Of a DNA stretch of 64,000 nucleotides, positions 36,807 to 48,473 are shown one piece after another; within the stretch, counting starts at the first letter, position 1, and every line of letters begins with the position of its first letter. Position numbers and translations under genes: made by a program. The stretch spans positions 310,001-374,000 of the forward strand of contig NW_026515681.1 of NCBI RefSeq assembly GCF_025526975.1. The letters are read 5' to 3'. A model generated the notes under the pieces. That model was not told where the DNA came from and did not search any database. It saw only the letters and a program-made list of their open reading frames with translations. The DNA is from Fimicolochytrium jonesii (taxonomy: Eukaryota).

Positions 36807-37843
36807 GGGGTAGTGCGCAGAACGAAGCAGCAATGAAAGTCAAAACGAAAAGAACAACAAAGATTTCCTTGCAACACTCCGCATGAAATCGGGCTGATAC
36901 ATGCTCATCAGCGCATGGGTCGGCATCGGACGTCGAATTTACATACCTCGCCTTTGGGGAGTGATACCTATCTTTTTGGATGGCTAAGGACGCACCTTTT
37001 ATATGTTTATACGGGTCAGGTCCCTGAAGGAAGGTAAAGTATCGATCCGTCCATGTTCAGTCGATGTCATGTCAGCAATCATGTCAGGAGTTCGAGGGAC
37101 CGCATGCATGCTCGAGTTAGGAGTTCTCATCTCGGCTGCGTTCTGAATGAGGAAAGTATGGCGTAGGAGAGCATTGGCTAGAGAAATGAATGAACGAAGA
37201 CGGCCAATGCGGTTAGATAGTCCTCGTTACCTTTCTTGTATGGTCTGTACTTGGCTTCAATGGTTCATCAATGGCGTTGGAATACCTGTTCAATATACCG
37301 GTGTCGAATCTCCCTTCATTCATAGATCTGTCCGAGGAGTCCGAGGAGGGTAACTCAACTCGATGATAAGTAGTAGCTAAGGGCAAGTATGAAGGCATAT
37401 CAGGTGCTCATCGGACACTTCTCTGACAGGTGTGCTTTGAACCTCTTGACCCTGATGCGGTGAAACGTAAGCCTCTTCGCAAAAAAGATAGTCTTCCAGC
37501 TCACTGTGAGGCTGATGCTGTTCTCTGATAATCGAGAAATCGGTCATTACGACTGTCCCTCTCTCTGTGAACCGCCCAATAAAAAGGCAATAATGTAGGG
37601 TAATATGTGGGGAACCCCTCGGGACCGAAATCTGTGCTATCAAAATCGACAGCCTGTTGACAGGGAATTATAGCCGTCAACATCACGTGACACCGAATAA
37701 GATCAATGTCAAGGAGGAATGCAGGGTCGCTCGCTGGTAACATCACCACTTCTGGGGAACAGAGGATTTGGTCGCATTCGAGTAGATCCTCTAGAGCCTT
37801 CTGTTTCAAAACCCTTGAAGACCTAACTCATTAAGCGCTCAAC

Positions 37844-40800
37844 ATGGACGTGGATCTCTACGACGAGTTTGGCAACTACATTGGTCCGGATTTGGACGAC
37901 GAGGATGATGAGGAAGAGGAGTACACCCTTCCGCAAAGTCGGCCAATGGAAGTCGGCGACGAAGAACCCGAGGAGGAGGAGCGGGACAATGGAATGAGCT
38001 TGATGCACGTAGACGGTGAGTGTCCGCAGCTGCAGATAATCAGTAGGCCTGATCGAGTCGTTCCGGCTGATCCATGACCTCCTTTCCCAGAGCCAACAAC
38101 GCAGATCGTGCTCCACGAGGATAAGAAGTACTACGCGACCGCAGAGGAGATCTACGGGCCGGATGTCGAGACTCTAGTGCAAGAGGAGGACACGCAGCTG
38201 TTGACGGAGCCCATCATTGCACCCGTAAAGAAAAGGAAGACTTACGTCCAGGAGAAGGACCTTCCACCAACATTCTACAACAAAGAGTTCCTGGCAGATC
38301 TGACGGCATTTCCAGAGTTGACGAGGAATATTGCAATCGTCGGGCATCTGCACCACGGCAAGACGTCGTTGGTGGATGTGCTTGTATCGCAGACGCACGA
38401 TATGCAGTGGGATCTGGAGAGCAAGGAGCGATACACCGACGTTCACGAATTGGAGCGTGGTCGTGGAATTAGTATCAAGAGCATGCCCATGTCGCTGGTT
38501 TTGCAGGGCCTGAATGGAAAATCGCATCTGCTGAATATCTTTGATACTCCCGGCCATGTCAACTTCTCCGATGAAGTTTCCGCTGCCCTGCGGATCTGCG
38601 ATGGAGCTGTGCTCGTGGTTGATGCCGTGGAGGGTGTGATGGCCAACACGGAACGCATTATCAAACACCTTGTGGCAGAGAAGATACCGGTGACCCTGCT
38701 GATTAACAAAGTCGACCGTCTGATACTCGAGCTGAAGCTTCCCCCCAACGACGCATACTTCAAACTCCGACACACGATCGAGGAGGTCAACACCATCCTT
38801 GCCACTTGCTCAGAAGACGTGCGGTTATCGCCCGAGCTAGGAAACGTTTGCTTCGCTTCGAGCCAGATGGGATGGCTCTTTTCGCTCAAATCCTTCGCTC
38901 AGATGTACTCCGAGTCCTACGAAAACTTTGACACTGACGAGTTCGCGAAGCGTCTGTGGGGGGACATTTACTTTGATTCGGAGAAGAGGACATTCAGGAG
39001 GAAGCCGTTGGACAGTTCTAGCAAGAGAACGTTTGTGCATTTCATCTTGGAACCTCTGTTCAAGCTATATGCGCATGTCATCGGCGAAGACCCTAAGTCT
39101 CTGAAGAGCGTTTTGTCGTCTTTGGGCATATACCTCAAGCCGGCCCAGCTATCAATGAACGTCAAGCCCCTCCTGAGGATCGTTTGCGAGCAGTTTTTCG
39201 GAACTGTTGGTGGATTCGTAGATATGATTGTTGATAAGATCCCATCGCCGAAAGAGAACGCGGTCACAAAGGTGGAGCACATCTACACTGGTGACCTCAA
39301 CGGCCAATACGGAGTAGCGATGAAAGAGCTGGATCCGGAAGGCCCTCTGATGGTCCACATTGTCAAACTGTACAATGCGACCGACATGACGGGCTTCGAC
39401 GCCTTTGGTCGAGTGATGAGTGGAACCGTCAAGCTGGGCCAGAAGGTCCGGGTGTTGGGAGAGGGGTATACGCCGGACGATGAAGAGGATATGACCGTAC
39501 GGGAAGTGACAGGCCTGGCGATTTACGAAAGCAGATACAAAGTCAAAGTGACCTCGGCGCCTGCGGGAAGCTGGGTGCTACTGGAGGGCGTCGATTCCGG
39601 TATCCTGAAAACTGCCACGATCACGAGCACGGATGTCGATGAGGACGACCCGGTGTACATTTTCCGATCGCTACGATACAACACACAGCCTGTAGTCAAA
39701 GTCGCAGTCGAGCCAGTGAACCCGACGGAGTTGCCGAAAATGTTGGATGGGTTGCGAAAGATCAACAAGTCGTACTCGATAGTGCAAACGAAGGTGGAGG
39801 AAAGCGGAGAACACATCATTCTTGGAACGGGAGAGCTGTATTTGGACTGTGTCCTGCATGATCTGCGACGCCTATACTCTGAGATCGAGCTGAAGGTTGC
39901 TGATCCTGTTGTGAGGTTTTGCGAAACGGTGGTGGAGACGAGTACTCTGAAATGTTTCGCGGAGACTCCCAACAAGAAGTGAGTTGTGTTCGCTTAGTCT
40001 AATCTGGCTGGCCGTAGTTTGCTTACAAGGGTCGATTCGGCAGGAACAAAATTACCATGGTTGCAGAGCCTCTGGAAAAAGGGATTGCGGAGGACATCGA
40101 AGATCTACGTGTATCAGCGAAGTGGCCAACACGTCAACTGAGCGACTGGTTCCAGAAGAAGTACGACTGGGACATGCTTGCATCACGGAATATCTGGGCG
40201 TTCGGTCCCGACGACGAAGGCGGTCCCAACCTGCTCCTCAACGACACGCTCCCAGCCGAGACGGATAAACAGCTCCTCACAGCTGTTCGCGACTCCATCA
40301 AACAGGGATTCCAATGGGCTACCAGGGAAGGCCCATTGTGTGACGAGCCGATCAGAAACGTGAAGTTTAAGATCCTCGACGCGTCGCTGGCGCAGGAAGC
40401 CATCTACCGCGGAGGAGGCCAGATAATCCCCACCGCCCGCCGTGTCTGCTACTCCTCCTTCCTCATGGCGACACCGCGCCTGATGGAGCCCGTCTACTTC
40501 GTCGAAGTGCAAGCCCCAGCCGACTGTGTGTCCGCAGTGTACACCGTCCTCGCCCGCCGTCGTGGCCACGTTACACAGGATATCCCAAAACCTGGGTCAC
40601 CGCTGTACACGGTCAAAGCGTACATCCCCGTCATCGACTCGGCAGGTTTCGAGACGGATCTCAGGACGCATACCCAGGGTCAAGCCTTCTGCCAGCAGAT
40701 GTTTGACCACTGGCAGATCGTGCCCGGGGATCCGCTGGACAAGAGTATTGTGCTGAGGCCGTTAGAGCCTAGTCCCGCACAGCACCTGGCGAGAGACTTT

Positions 40801-40914
40801 ATGGTCAAGACGCGGAGGAGAAAGGGGTTGAGCGAGGATGTCGCCGTAACGAAGTTCTTTGATGACCCGATGCTGGTCGAGCTGGCGAAGGTTGAGGGTG
40901 GCTTATTGTTGTAG
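37844..40914 (+). CDS. SNU114: U5 snRNP GTPase Snu114/EFTUD2, 3 exons
   Basis: [76 protein letters not shown]. Confidence 0.98.
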
Positions 40915-41142
40915 AATATTTTGCAGAGACGATATCTTATTTCCAAAGGGCGTGTGAGGGGTATATGGCGGCTGTTGCATATATGTAAATTGAATAGGAT
41001 TCTACAGCGATTTGTATGTAATATTGCATGATTCACGGCCCCGACGCATACTTCGGCTGAGTATTAGCGACGCCTTCTCTGCGGCCGTCCCATTCACGTA
41101 TCTCTGACTTAATGCCGCTTTCCTACACATGCGGAGGGGCCA

Positions 41143-43267
41143 TCAAATTCCAACAGCACACAAGTCCAAAATGTTATCGAACTTTGTCCTATCCCAAGGA
41201 CACTTCGGTGCCGACATGGCGACAAGTTGCACTGCGCACGAAGCGCACAATCGGTGGCCACATGGGTTAACCACTGCAAGGGCATGTTCAGCAAGATGGA
41301 ATATCTCCTTCAACTGACGTGGCGCACCTTTACTCTCCATCGCATCAAAACATAGCTGACATTCGCGTAACGGCTCGTCTGAGGGGTTCGGCTCTGTCGG
41401 GACCGTACATGCTGCTCCGAGTGCTTCTTTATCATCGGCCGCCACCACGTCTGTAGTCTCTGCGTCGTTCAAACCGCTGCTTTCCCTGCTCTCTGCATGT
41501 TCCTCGACATCAGCACGACTGCTGGAGTTGAGCATTTCGCGCTCAAGCTCGGCAAGAAGCGCGTCGCATCGTTCGTGAGCTAGTCTGATGGCTTCATCAC
41601 GCGATTGTACGATGGCGCGTTTGCGTGCTTCGTAGGCTTCTTTATGTGATTGTGTAGACTCCCTGATGGATGCTGGTATTTGAGCGGATGCGGGCCGTCG
41701 CTTTGGTGATGGATGTGATGGTGATGCGCTTGCTGAAGATGGTTGTACGACGGAAACTGGCTCGGCGCCGGCTTCGCTTTGCGACAACATGCTTCTGCCG
41801 TTCCTATGTATGCCAACAGCATCCCGCCTAAAAGAACCGCCTGTTAACAGCAATCCCTCGACAGCACCTTCACATGTCCTTGACATACCACACGCGTCGT
41901 GGGGCAGGCGTTTGTGGCGGCAACGCGGCGGGGATAGGCAGTAGATGAACACCTTTCTCTGGCGACAGTGCCGCTGGTGACGGGGGCGTGAGGGATAATC
42001 GCACTGCCTCTGGGTTTGTCGTTTGTGAAGCAGCTGGTGCGCTCGAGGGTACACTGTTGATCGCAGAGTCGCCCATCCGCTGCACGAGGTCCGTACACTG
42101 CCTGGCTTTCGCTTCCCTGCCTGGTTGGGGGACATGAGGTCAATGATGCTATGGAAAGCAACTGTTTCAGATACGTACCCTCCTTGAAACACAACTGCAG
42201 GAAATGCGTCTCTTCCACTGTAAACATGAGCAGCGGTTTCCCGTCCGACAAGTTTTTGAACCGAATGTCCGTCAGAAGAGCACGCGACCAGCTGATTGTA
42301 GTAGGTTTGCCTGCAACAATTGGGCCGGCATTCTTCATCAATTGTGATGCTGAAGGCAGGATGCCGTGCCATGATAGTCGGGACTCATGGAGCCGCACGA
42401 GGCCGCAGCTTAGTTCAATCTATAGAGCAAAGTTTGAAAGGACGTCAAAGGGTATGGAAGTACAACAGGGGTGAGGATGTCACACTTACGAAGTTGTAAC
42501 AGATGACAACGTCTGCGAAGATGGTTACAGGCTCCTCGTCTGAGGAATCTTTTCCATTTTCTGCCTTCTCATCTTGCACACACCACCTTTGCAGTGTGTG
42601 CAAGATCTCACTGATAGACTGCTCGGGCGTCTTCGCCTCTTCTTCAGAGAGCTTCTCTCGCGCTTTATCCTGTCATAATAAGATTGAACGCCGGCCAACC
42701 GATGTCGGCGAAGGTAAGGCCTATATAAGCGCTTACCAAGTCCTCCTCAGTCACAAACACCTCCTGAAAGTCCCCAAGGCCAAACACATCCTCGGTCGTT
42801 TGCGTGTCGATAGGGAACTCAAACTTAAGTTGGCTGGATCCCAAAGTCGACGCCTCCGAACCGACACCTTCCTCCTTGTTCCACCCATCATCCGCATGTC
42901 CATCTTCATCGAATCTGCCGTTTGAGGGGATGTACGCATCGGCATCCTTCGTGCTTCCACCTGCACCAAACATATCCTCACACGAGGGGCCGGGTGACCC
43001 TACCATCCCTCCCAATCCAAAAGGCGGAACCCGCGTCAACCCCTCCCCTTGAGACACACTATCAGCATCGTGTGAGGCTTTCCAGGGTTGAAGAGCCTGT
43101 TTGTTGTCCGGGGTGCCGAACAGCCGGTCGGTCAGAGAGGACGTCCGAGCCTGAGGACGAAATGGGGAGAAGAAGCCGCTGGTGGCCGAGATGTTGCTTT
43201 TGGAGGAGGTGCCGAAGCGGCGAAGGGGCGTGTCGGGCTGGAAGTTGCGGAATTCGGGGGTGCCCAT
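41143..43267 (-). CDS. Multi-exon protein with a C-terminal RING-HC finger (putative E3)
   Basis: Four GT-AG introns join MGTPEFRNF.. in frame to a coiled coil and CQLC..PCGHRLCASC..CPWDR. Confidence 0.75.
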
Positions 43268-43622
43268 TGTCGTATGTAATATCGTCGCTGCAACTTCGGA
43301 GTAGTTATACTTGCTCCCAGATAGTTGTGTTTGACGATGGTTGTCTCAGCTGGGTGGTGTGACAACTTCTATGCATGCAACGTAGTACAGTCCAAAGCAA
43401 AAAGGGGGATGTCGAGGGCAATCCACTGCTTTCGGACCTGCTTTCGGACATGGCCACTCCCGTGCGTACAGTACGGAACGCCAACCAATTCATCGTCTGC
43501 TTTGCAGCCAGCTTTGCAGCCATAGAACACAACATCCAAACAATTCCACAGCTGTCTCTACTGTAGCCCTACGGAGAATCCCCACCTTTTATACAATTCT
43601 AGACGTATAGACCTATAGCAAC

Positions 43623-44887
43623 ATGGCTTCTCACCTAGCCTTTACTGCGGACACCACCGGGGAGCTGAACTTTCCCTTCGGAATCGCAGACCTTCGTTCG
43701 TACGCACTACACCAGCCACCTCCGGCCACTCTGGGCTCAGGGTCCAAATGGGGCCCAACCCATTTGTCTGCCTTTCATGTTGTTACGAAAACAAACCTTC
43801 CTGTTGAAGCCGTCGTCCCTGGCCATTTGTTGCCTTCCCGGGACGTGGTTCGAGCTGCCATTCCATCCCTTTTCTCTGTCGATGGCGATGTCGTACGTGA
43901 CGTAGACTTCACTCTCAAGAACGCCCCGGAGGAAATCAGGTCGACGATACGGTCCGAGTCCTATACGTTTTACCGGAACCTGCAGGCGGTCATCGCTCAT
44001 ACCTCAGACGAGTCGGTGAGAAGTGCGTCCACCACAGGCCCAGACTTGTCCAGCACAACAGACGAAGACAAACCAGAGAACGTCGGGGAGGCACTACTGA
44101 AAACCTTTGTCGGGCTGGTGATAGACAGTATGGGGCCGACTATTTCGCGTAACGGCAAAACATACGAGATTGAGCTTCGGTACGGTAGTGTCTGTCCAGA
44201 TCTGAACTCAATCCACCGCTGATCGTCCGTCACTCTCATAGCCCCGAGCCGTTAGAGAGGACTATAAGGCTTTGTGGGGGCATACCAGCCATTGTGAGGA
44301 GCGACGGATGGTTGGCTTTGGTAAAGTCTGCCACTTCAAAAGGCAGTCGTCGCGGCAGGCTCGTCGGAGGTGTTACATTATGTGGAATTGAGGTATAGGC
44401 TTCTTGGTGTGCATGCTGTCGTGAAAGCGGTATTCTAAGGTGGACTTTAGGCCAAGCGGTACGGACACGAACACTTTATCGACGGGATTTACGGACAGCT
44501 TTTCGCGGAGTGTCTGGCTTTAGCTTACAACAACCGGACCAAAGGGCCCGGTGACCAAGAGGTAAGGACTCAGCAATCGTCGATGTGTTAGGAACCCATC
44601 ACAGCCTTTCTTAACTCATGATTCGGCTCTTGTAGACTTTTTTGATCGGAATTCATCATCGGAAAGTCTTCATCGTTCACGTGTTTCTTCCTGCATCCTA
44701 TTTGGATGCTATCCAGCTAACGGTCGACTTGCCCGATAACGTGTATGTCGTTTTGAAAAGGAGTCGCGTGTTCGACCTCCTGTGGAGCGAAGACAGGATG
44801 GAAATGGCGCGTGCGGTGTTAGCCATGGAGGCGCATCTGGGCACCACGGCGAATCTGGTTGGCCGCATGCGGTCGGATCCTCTTTAG
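43623..44887 (+). CDS. PD-(D/E)XK restriction-endonuclease-like protein; exons about 43623-44179, 44241-44392, 44451-44561, 44636-44887
   Basis: Three GT-AG introns give an uninterrupted frame with the motif order KPENVGE..VRSDGWL..LCGIEAKR..YGQLFAECLALA..FLIGIHH. Confidence 0.65.
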
Positions 44888-44922
44888 GCTTAGGATTAGG
44901 AGTCATGCTGTTGTCATCTGAG

Positions 44923-45163
44923 GGATTGACTAGAAGTGGGTAACTCGTGCTAAATGTGAGTAACTCGGGTTAGGGTTAGACTAGTTAGACAGCTGCCGAG
45001 CGGAGCGGGTAGACCCTGATTGTAGGAGGCCGGGTAAGGCCGACTCACCGAAGGCAAAGGGGTTAGGTTTGTTGATCAAATGGTTCACTTTGGCTGTAAA
45101 AAAGTCTTATTCTGGAGGTGAGCTACCCACATTTAGCACGAGTTACCCATTTCTAGTCACCCC
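44923..45163. mobile_element. 241-bp MITE (non-autonomous DNA transposon) with about 44-bp TIRs and an 8-bp TSD CATCTGAG
   Basis: Left end GGATTGACTAGAAGTGGGTAACTCGTGCTAAATGTGAGTAACTC versus right end reverse complement GGGGTGACTAGAAATGGGTAACTCGTGCTAAATGTGGGTAGCTC. CATCTGAG occurs at 44915-44922 and 45164-45171. Confidence 0.9.
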
Positions 45164-45576
45164 CATCTGAGCGTACCTCTTCCGCTTGCGAGCAACGAGC
45201 ACGCGTATATATATAGCGCCCCTCGATCGCAACACACTCCTCTCAAACACTAGCGTCACTGACTAGCGTCACTGTAATTGGAATCTGGCTGCATATCATT
45301 GGGAGAACCCGCTCGCTCGCTGGTAGGACAGCTGAAAACGGGAAGGATCGTGGCAAAACGACAGCGCGGCTCAGACGACGCCAACAGGCCGAACAGTGAT
45401 GTGTCAGTGGTCTATTCTGCAGAGCACGACTGGCGACGCATGTACAGGGAATAACCGCCTCTTCCTTTGAACTTTCATATTACATTGTGTTCAAAGGTCA
45501 GCATTGGTGGATTGATGAGAGCACTATAGCCTTGTGGCTTGCCCAATTTCTGCCCGTAAGGCCGCTATCAGGGGCA

Positions 45577-48031
45577 TCAGAACATCGTGCTGCCTGCAAA
45601 AGACAGACTTTGTTAATAGATAGTTAAAATTGCAAAGAACCGCCATGTCCTTGAATGCATACCCGTATACGTTCCGTCATCTACTTTATCCCAATCATTC
45701 GCTTCCTTATGCTTGAATGTAAACCCAACAAACGCATTCCTCAGCTCCTTCTGCACGCCCGATGCTGGGTTCGTGGCAGCTTCATTCTTCTTCTTTTCCA
45801 TCTCTTTCATTCGATCTTGGACCTCCTTGTACATCGCCATGTCTTTCGGATCGCTAAAGTCGTCAAAGTAGGTCGTGTCGATCGAGGATTTGAGGGCTGG
45901 AATGAAGGGTGGGGTGGGCGAGGTGGGAGTTCGGAGGTGCGAGAAGGAGTAATCGTGGAAGAAAGGATGTTGCTGGAGATGGGTTTGCAATTGGAGTCGC
46001 ACGGGCTGTTTCGCAATCAGGCTAAGAAGTACGGCGCCCAGTGAGCAACTACCCTCTTACGGACGACATTGGAACCTGCGTATCACCTTGTGACCAAGCT
46101 CCATGCCGTATCCGTCAGGTTGAACTCCTCATCTGCTCCGCTGTAGCGTGGCCGCTCAAGTACTTTTTCCCAGTGGTAAACATTTACCCATACATCATCC
46201 GTCGTTGGTGCAGTGAAGGGAGGGTATCCTGCAATTGCATTGCCTCAGTCAGATATGGTTGTCAATAGTCACCTGAAAGCGCCATTTAGGATGCCAACCT
46301 GCTAAGCATTCAAACAGGATGCAACCGATGCTCCAATAGTCAACTGCAAGACCGTAACCTTCTTGGTTGTTTGTGAGAACCTCAGGCGCCATGTAATCCG
46401 GAGATCCGACGAGGGAGTATGCCTAGACACAATCAGTTAGCTGCGGCAAGATGACGCAGCTAGAGCGGCTGAACTGACCAGCATATCTTCCCTCCGCAGC
46501 GATTTGTGAATGCTGCGTCTATCCGCAATCGATCGATGTGTCAATGGGGTGTCTTTTAGTTTATCAAGCTGCCAGGATGAGTAAAGCCATGAGTCCCTGG
46601 CTTTCATAATTTACGGCAAATGGACGAAGGCGGACCTTCTCTTTGAGACAGTCCATGATAGATGGGCTCAGTGCACCACGACTGAGTCCAAAGTCCGTCA
46701 ACTTCAGATGCCCCGTTGCATCGATCAAGAAGTTCTCCGGCTTGAGGTCCCTAGACCAGCCGGACAAACACATCAGTTTCCTCCCAAATGACACGCGGAC
46801 ACCATCCCGTCGCCCATACCTGTGAATGTACCCCAGTCGATGCAATTCGGCAACCGCCACAATCATCTCGGCGACATAGAATCGTGCATGCACCTCTCGC
46901 AGTACTCCAGAGTTGTTCAGCAACGTCCTCATGTCGCCGCCAGGCACATACTCCATCGCCAAGTATACATGATCGCAGTCTTGGAATGCGTATAGAAGCT
47001 TGACGAGCCAAGGACTGTCCGTGCGTGTGAGGATGTCACGCTCGGTGAGGATGTGGTTGACTTCGCCAAGTTTGTGCAGGAGGGCTTTGCTCATTTTCTT
47101 GAGCGCGCAGAATTCTTTGGTGTCATTCTTCTTTGCCAAGTAAACCTATTTGCGACCGTTGGGTCAGCGAGTTTTCGCACTTGATGTGGACAGTCTCCCT
47201 CACTGTACCTGACCATATCCACCTTGGCCGACCTGAGTGACGATATTGAAGTTTGCCAAACGGATGCGAGTCCGTCTTTTCCGCAGAGCCGCTCGTTCCT
47301 TTCCGCAAAGATACTTCCAATCTCGGTCTTGCTCACCCTCGGGCACCTGAGTGGGATGACTCTGAGTAAGCCACATGGAACCTTGATAACAACTTGAATT
47401 ACCGGACCTACTCCTCGAGTCTTCATATCGTCCTTGAACTTCTGCAATCTTTGCTTGCGGTCGTTCAAATAGGTAAGAAGGTCAAAATAGTAATCCAAGA
47501 AAACTGTTTTGAAGACGGTATAGTGAGCATAAAACGATTCAAGATCAAGTTCGATGTTGTGTACGTACAAACGTTTGCCATTTCGCATCTTCTCCTGGTT
47601 GCCGCGCTGGGGGTGAATGCAGCCTCCCTCTTATATGTCGCAGGCCTTGGGGCAGGGGTTGGATGGACTGATCCCGGCCCAGGGTCTCTCCTACTCTTGA
47701 CTACAATCCCGTCATTGGCCTCAGCTGCCGGCGATAGATGCCGCGGTGGACGTGGAGGCTTCACAGGCTTTGTTAATGCCTCCGTAGTGACAGGAGGAAT
47801 CTGCGGTCGCAGAGTATGCTTTTTCTCGGACAGGGTCAGCGTAGCGATGTTCTCCGCAATACGGTCTACTGTTGCTACCGCATCCTTTCCATGCGTCGGA
47901 ACAGGGATGCGAGTCCGATGTGTGGTAGCTTCGTTGACCGGAGGTATTGGCAATGGGTGATATCTTCTGGGTGGTGCTGGTGGGCAAGGACCTGGATCGG
48001 CATTGGGTAGGCGAGAGCTCGTTGACAGCAT
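45577..48031 (-). CDS. DBF2: NDR-family kinase Dbf2/Sid2, multi-exon
   Basis: [84 protein letters not shown]. Confidence 0.93.
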
Positions 48032-48473
48032 GGCAGTGTGAGGCTCAGAATGGGATTGAGCTGGACGAGATAGATTCGGGTTGGATGCTGCGAGTCCGAA
48101 CTCGCCAGAGCTCTTCAGTGCTCAATGAGGAATGATCCTGCATACCGAAAGTTCCTAAGACTCGATGCCTTCCTAACTTCTCCCTGGCAGGGCCAAGTCG
48201 ATTTCTGCAGTCATACCGTCATTCGAGCGGACTTTCAAATTAATGGCGGGCTGCTTTATCGACACCGCGTGGCTGGCGCCTGATAAAGACAAGCGTAAAA
48301 TCGTGCCCTGAACTTTTTCCCACGGCAAACGTTCTGAGAACTACTAAAAGGCCTGCCAGAACAAGCCCCAAATGCCAAAAACACGCACGACCAGGAGGCC
48401 TCATGTTTGTCGTTGAAATCTTCCTAAACTTCTGAGACATCTGCCAAGCATCTGGAAAGCACCGCGTAAAGTT

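Larger units (their letters stand above)
36080..36975 (-). ncRNA. Non-coding snoRNA host unit: tandem cassettes of 48-nt exons and introns 36627-36946, 36379-36578, 36132-36330
   Basis: About 248-bp tandem repeats. Each has a GTAAGT/GTATGT donor, TTGAC branch-like site and TTTCCAG acceptor. No long ORF. TATA-like TATAAACATATAAAA at about 36997-37011 upstream. Transcript ends are approximate. Confidence 0.7.

Noticed and set aside
36080..36830. CRISPR array or U1 snRNA variants (TACTTACC on the + strand)
   Set aside because: The units are about 248 bp and there are no cas genes. TACTTACC is better explained as the reverse complement of minus-strand GGTAAGTA donors, and I saw no U1 stem-loop or Sm-site motifs.
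37377..37809. Minus-strand ORF fragments upstream of SNU114
   Set aside because: Short, with no start context or domain similarity that I can recognise.
44923..45163. Fanzor/TnpB ghost locus interpretation of the MITE
   Set aside because: There is no RuvC-type ORF in the window and I cannot match the ends to a known Fanzor element. It cannot be supported without a search.
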